This document shows, one piece after another, positions 62,750-64,000 of a stretch of DNA of 64,000 bases. Source of the DNA: Squalus acanthias (Eukaryota); NCBI GenBank assembly GCA_030390025.1, contig CM059432.1, forward strand, positions 55,554,001 to 55,618,000. The letters run 5' to 3'. The number at the start of each line of letters is the position of its first letter. Positions within the stretch are counted from its first letter, which is position 1. The position numbers were made by a program, and so were the translations under genes. Under the pieces are notes generated by a model, which did not search any database, was not told where the DNA came from, and saw only the letters and a program-made list of their open reading frames with translations.

Positions 62750-64000
62750 ACACGGCTGCCACAGCACTGAAACGGCCCTTATCAAAGTTACAAATGGCAT
62801 CCTATGTGACTGTGACAATGGTAAACTATCCCTCCTCGTTCTTCTCGACCTGTCTGCAGCCTTTGACACGGTTGACCACACCATCCTCCTCCAACACCTG
62901 TCTTCCGTCGTCCATCTGGGTGGGACTGCACTCGCCTGATTCCATTCTTATCTATCTAATCGTAGCCAGAGAATCACCTGCAACGGCTTCTCTTCCCGCT
63001 CCCGCATCGTTACCTCTGGAGACCCCCAAGGATCTTTCCTTGGCCCCCTCCTGTTTCTCATCTACATGCTGCCCCTCGGCGACATCATCAGAAAACACAG
63101 CATCAGTTTCCACATGTACACTGATGACACCTAGCTCTACCTCACCACGACCTGTCTCGACCCCTCCATCATCTCTAAATTGTCAGGCTGCTAGTCCAAC
63201 ATCCAGTACTTGATGAGGAGAAATTTTCTCCAAGTAAATATTGGAAAGACCAAAGCCATTTTCTTCGGTCCCTGCCACAAACTCCGTTCTCTAGCCACCG
63301 ACTCCATCCCTCTCCCTGGCAACTGTCTGAGGTTGAACCAGACCGTTCACAAGTTTGGTGTCATATTTGACCCTGAGATGAGCTTCTGCGTCATCACCAA
63401 GATCGCCTACTTCCACCTCCGTAACATCGCCGACTCTGCCCTACCTCAGCTCATCTGCTGCTGAAACCCTCATCCATGCCTTTGTTACCTCGAGACTTGA
63501 CTATTCCAACACTCTTCTGGCCGGCCTCCCATCTTCCACCACCTTAAACTTGAGCTCATCCAAAACTCTGCTGCCCGTTTCCTAATTCGCACCAAGTCCC
63601 GTTCACCCATCACCCCTGTGCTTGCTGACCTTCATTGGCTTCCGGTCCGGCAATGCCTCTATTTTAAAATTCTCATCTTTGTCTTCAAATCCCTCTGTGG
63701 CCTCACCCCTCCCTATCTCCGTAACCTCCTCCAGCCCTATAACCCTCCGATTTCACTGCACTCCTCCAATTCTGGCCTCTTGTATATTCACGATTTTAAT
63801 CGCTCCACCATTGGCGGCTGTGCTTTCAGCTGCACAGGCCCTAAAACTTGGAATTTCCTCCCTAAATCTCTCCACCTCTCCTCCTTTAAGATGGTCCTTA
63901 AAACTTACCTCTGTAACCAAGCTTTTGGTGATCTGTCCTAATATCTCCTTATGTGGCTTAGTATCAAATTTTGTTTGGTAACACTCCTGTGAAACACCTT
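62750..64000 (+). mobile_element. L2 LINE RT and 3' region, decayed
   Basis: HSTETALIKV, LLDLSAAFDTVDH, PQGS.LGPLLF, YTDDT, LADLHWLPV, FKILIFVFKSL. Confidence 0.9.

Overview
Vertebrate genomic DNA, very probably a cartilaginous fish (shark), judged from the repeat families and gene structure. The only host gene is on the minus strand. Four coding exons of a GREB1-family gene, best matching GREB1L, lie at 58746-58590, 24411-24205, 12344-12168 and 167-1 (the last is cut by the window edge). All have canonical AG/GT boundaries and matching phases, with introns of 34178, 11860 and 12000 bp. The introns are mostly nested transposable elements: CR1 LINEs (one with an SGNH-esterase ORF1 end and a nearly intact ORF2), a Zenon-like single-ORF LINE, L2 LINEs, Deu-domain SINEs, decayed PIF/Harbinger transposons with many TIR-bounded non-autonomous derivatives, a Tc1/mariner-type MITE and minisatellites. 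Three things stand out. (1) Two short palindromic Penelope-like inserts carry minimal hammerhead ribozyme motifs. (2) A protein-coding LINE family has a tRNA-Thr(AGU)-like 5' head with A/B boxes and a sense strand almost free of T4 runs, hinting at Pol III transcription. (3) One Harbinger retains both TIRs, a transposase and a convergent Myb/SANT gene remnant. TE family names come from recalled motifs, not database searches, and many TE boundaries are approximate.
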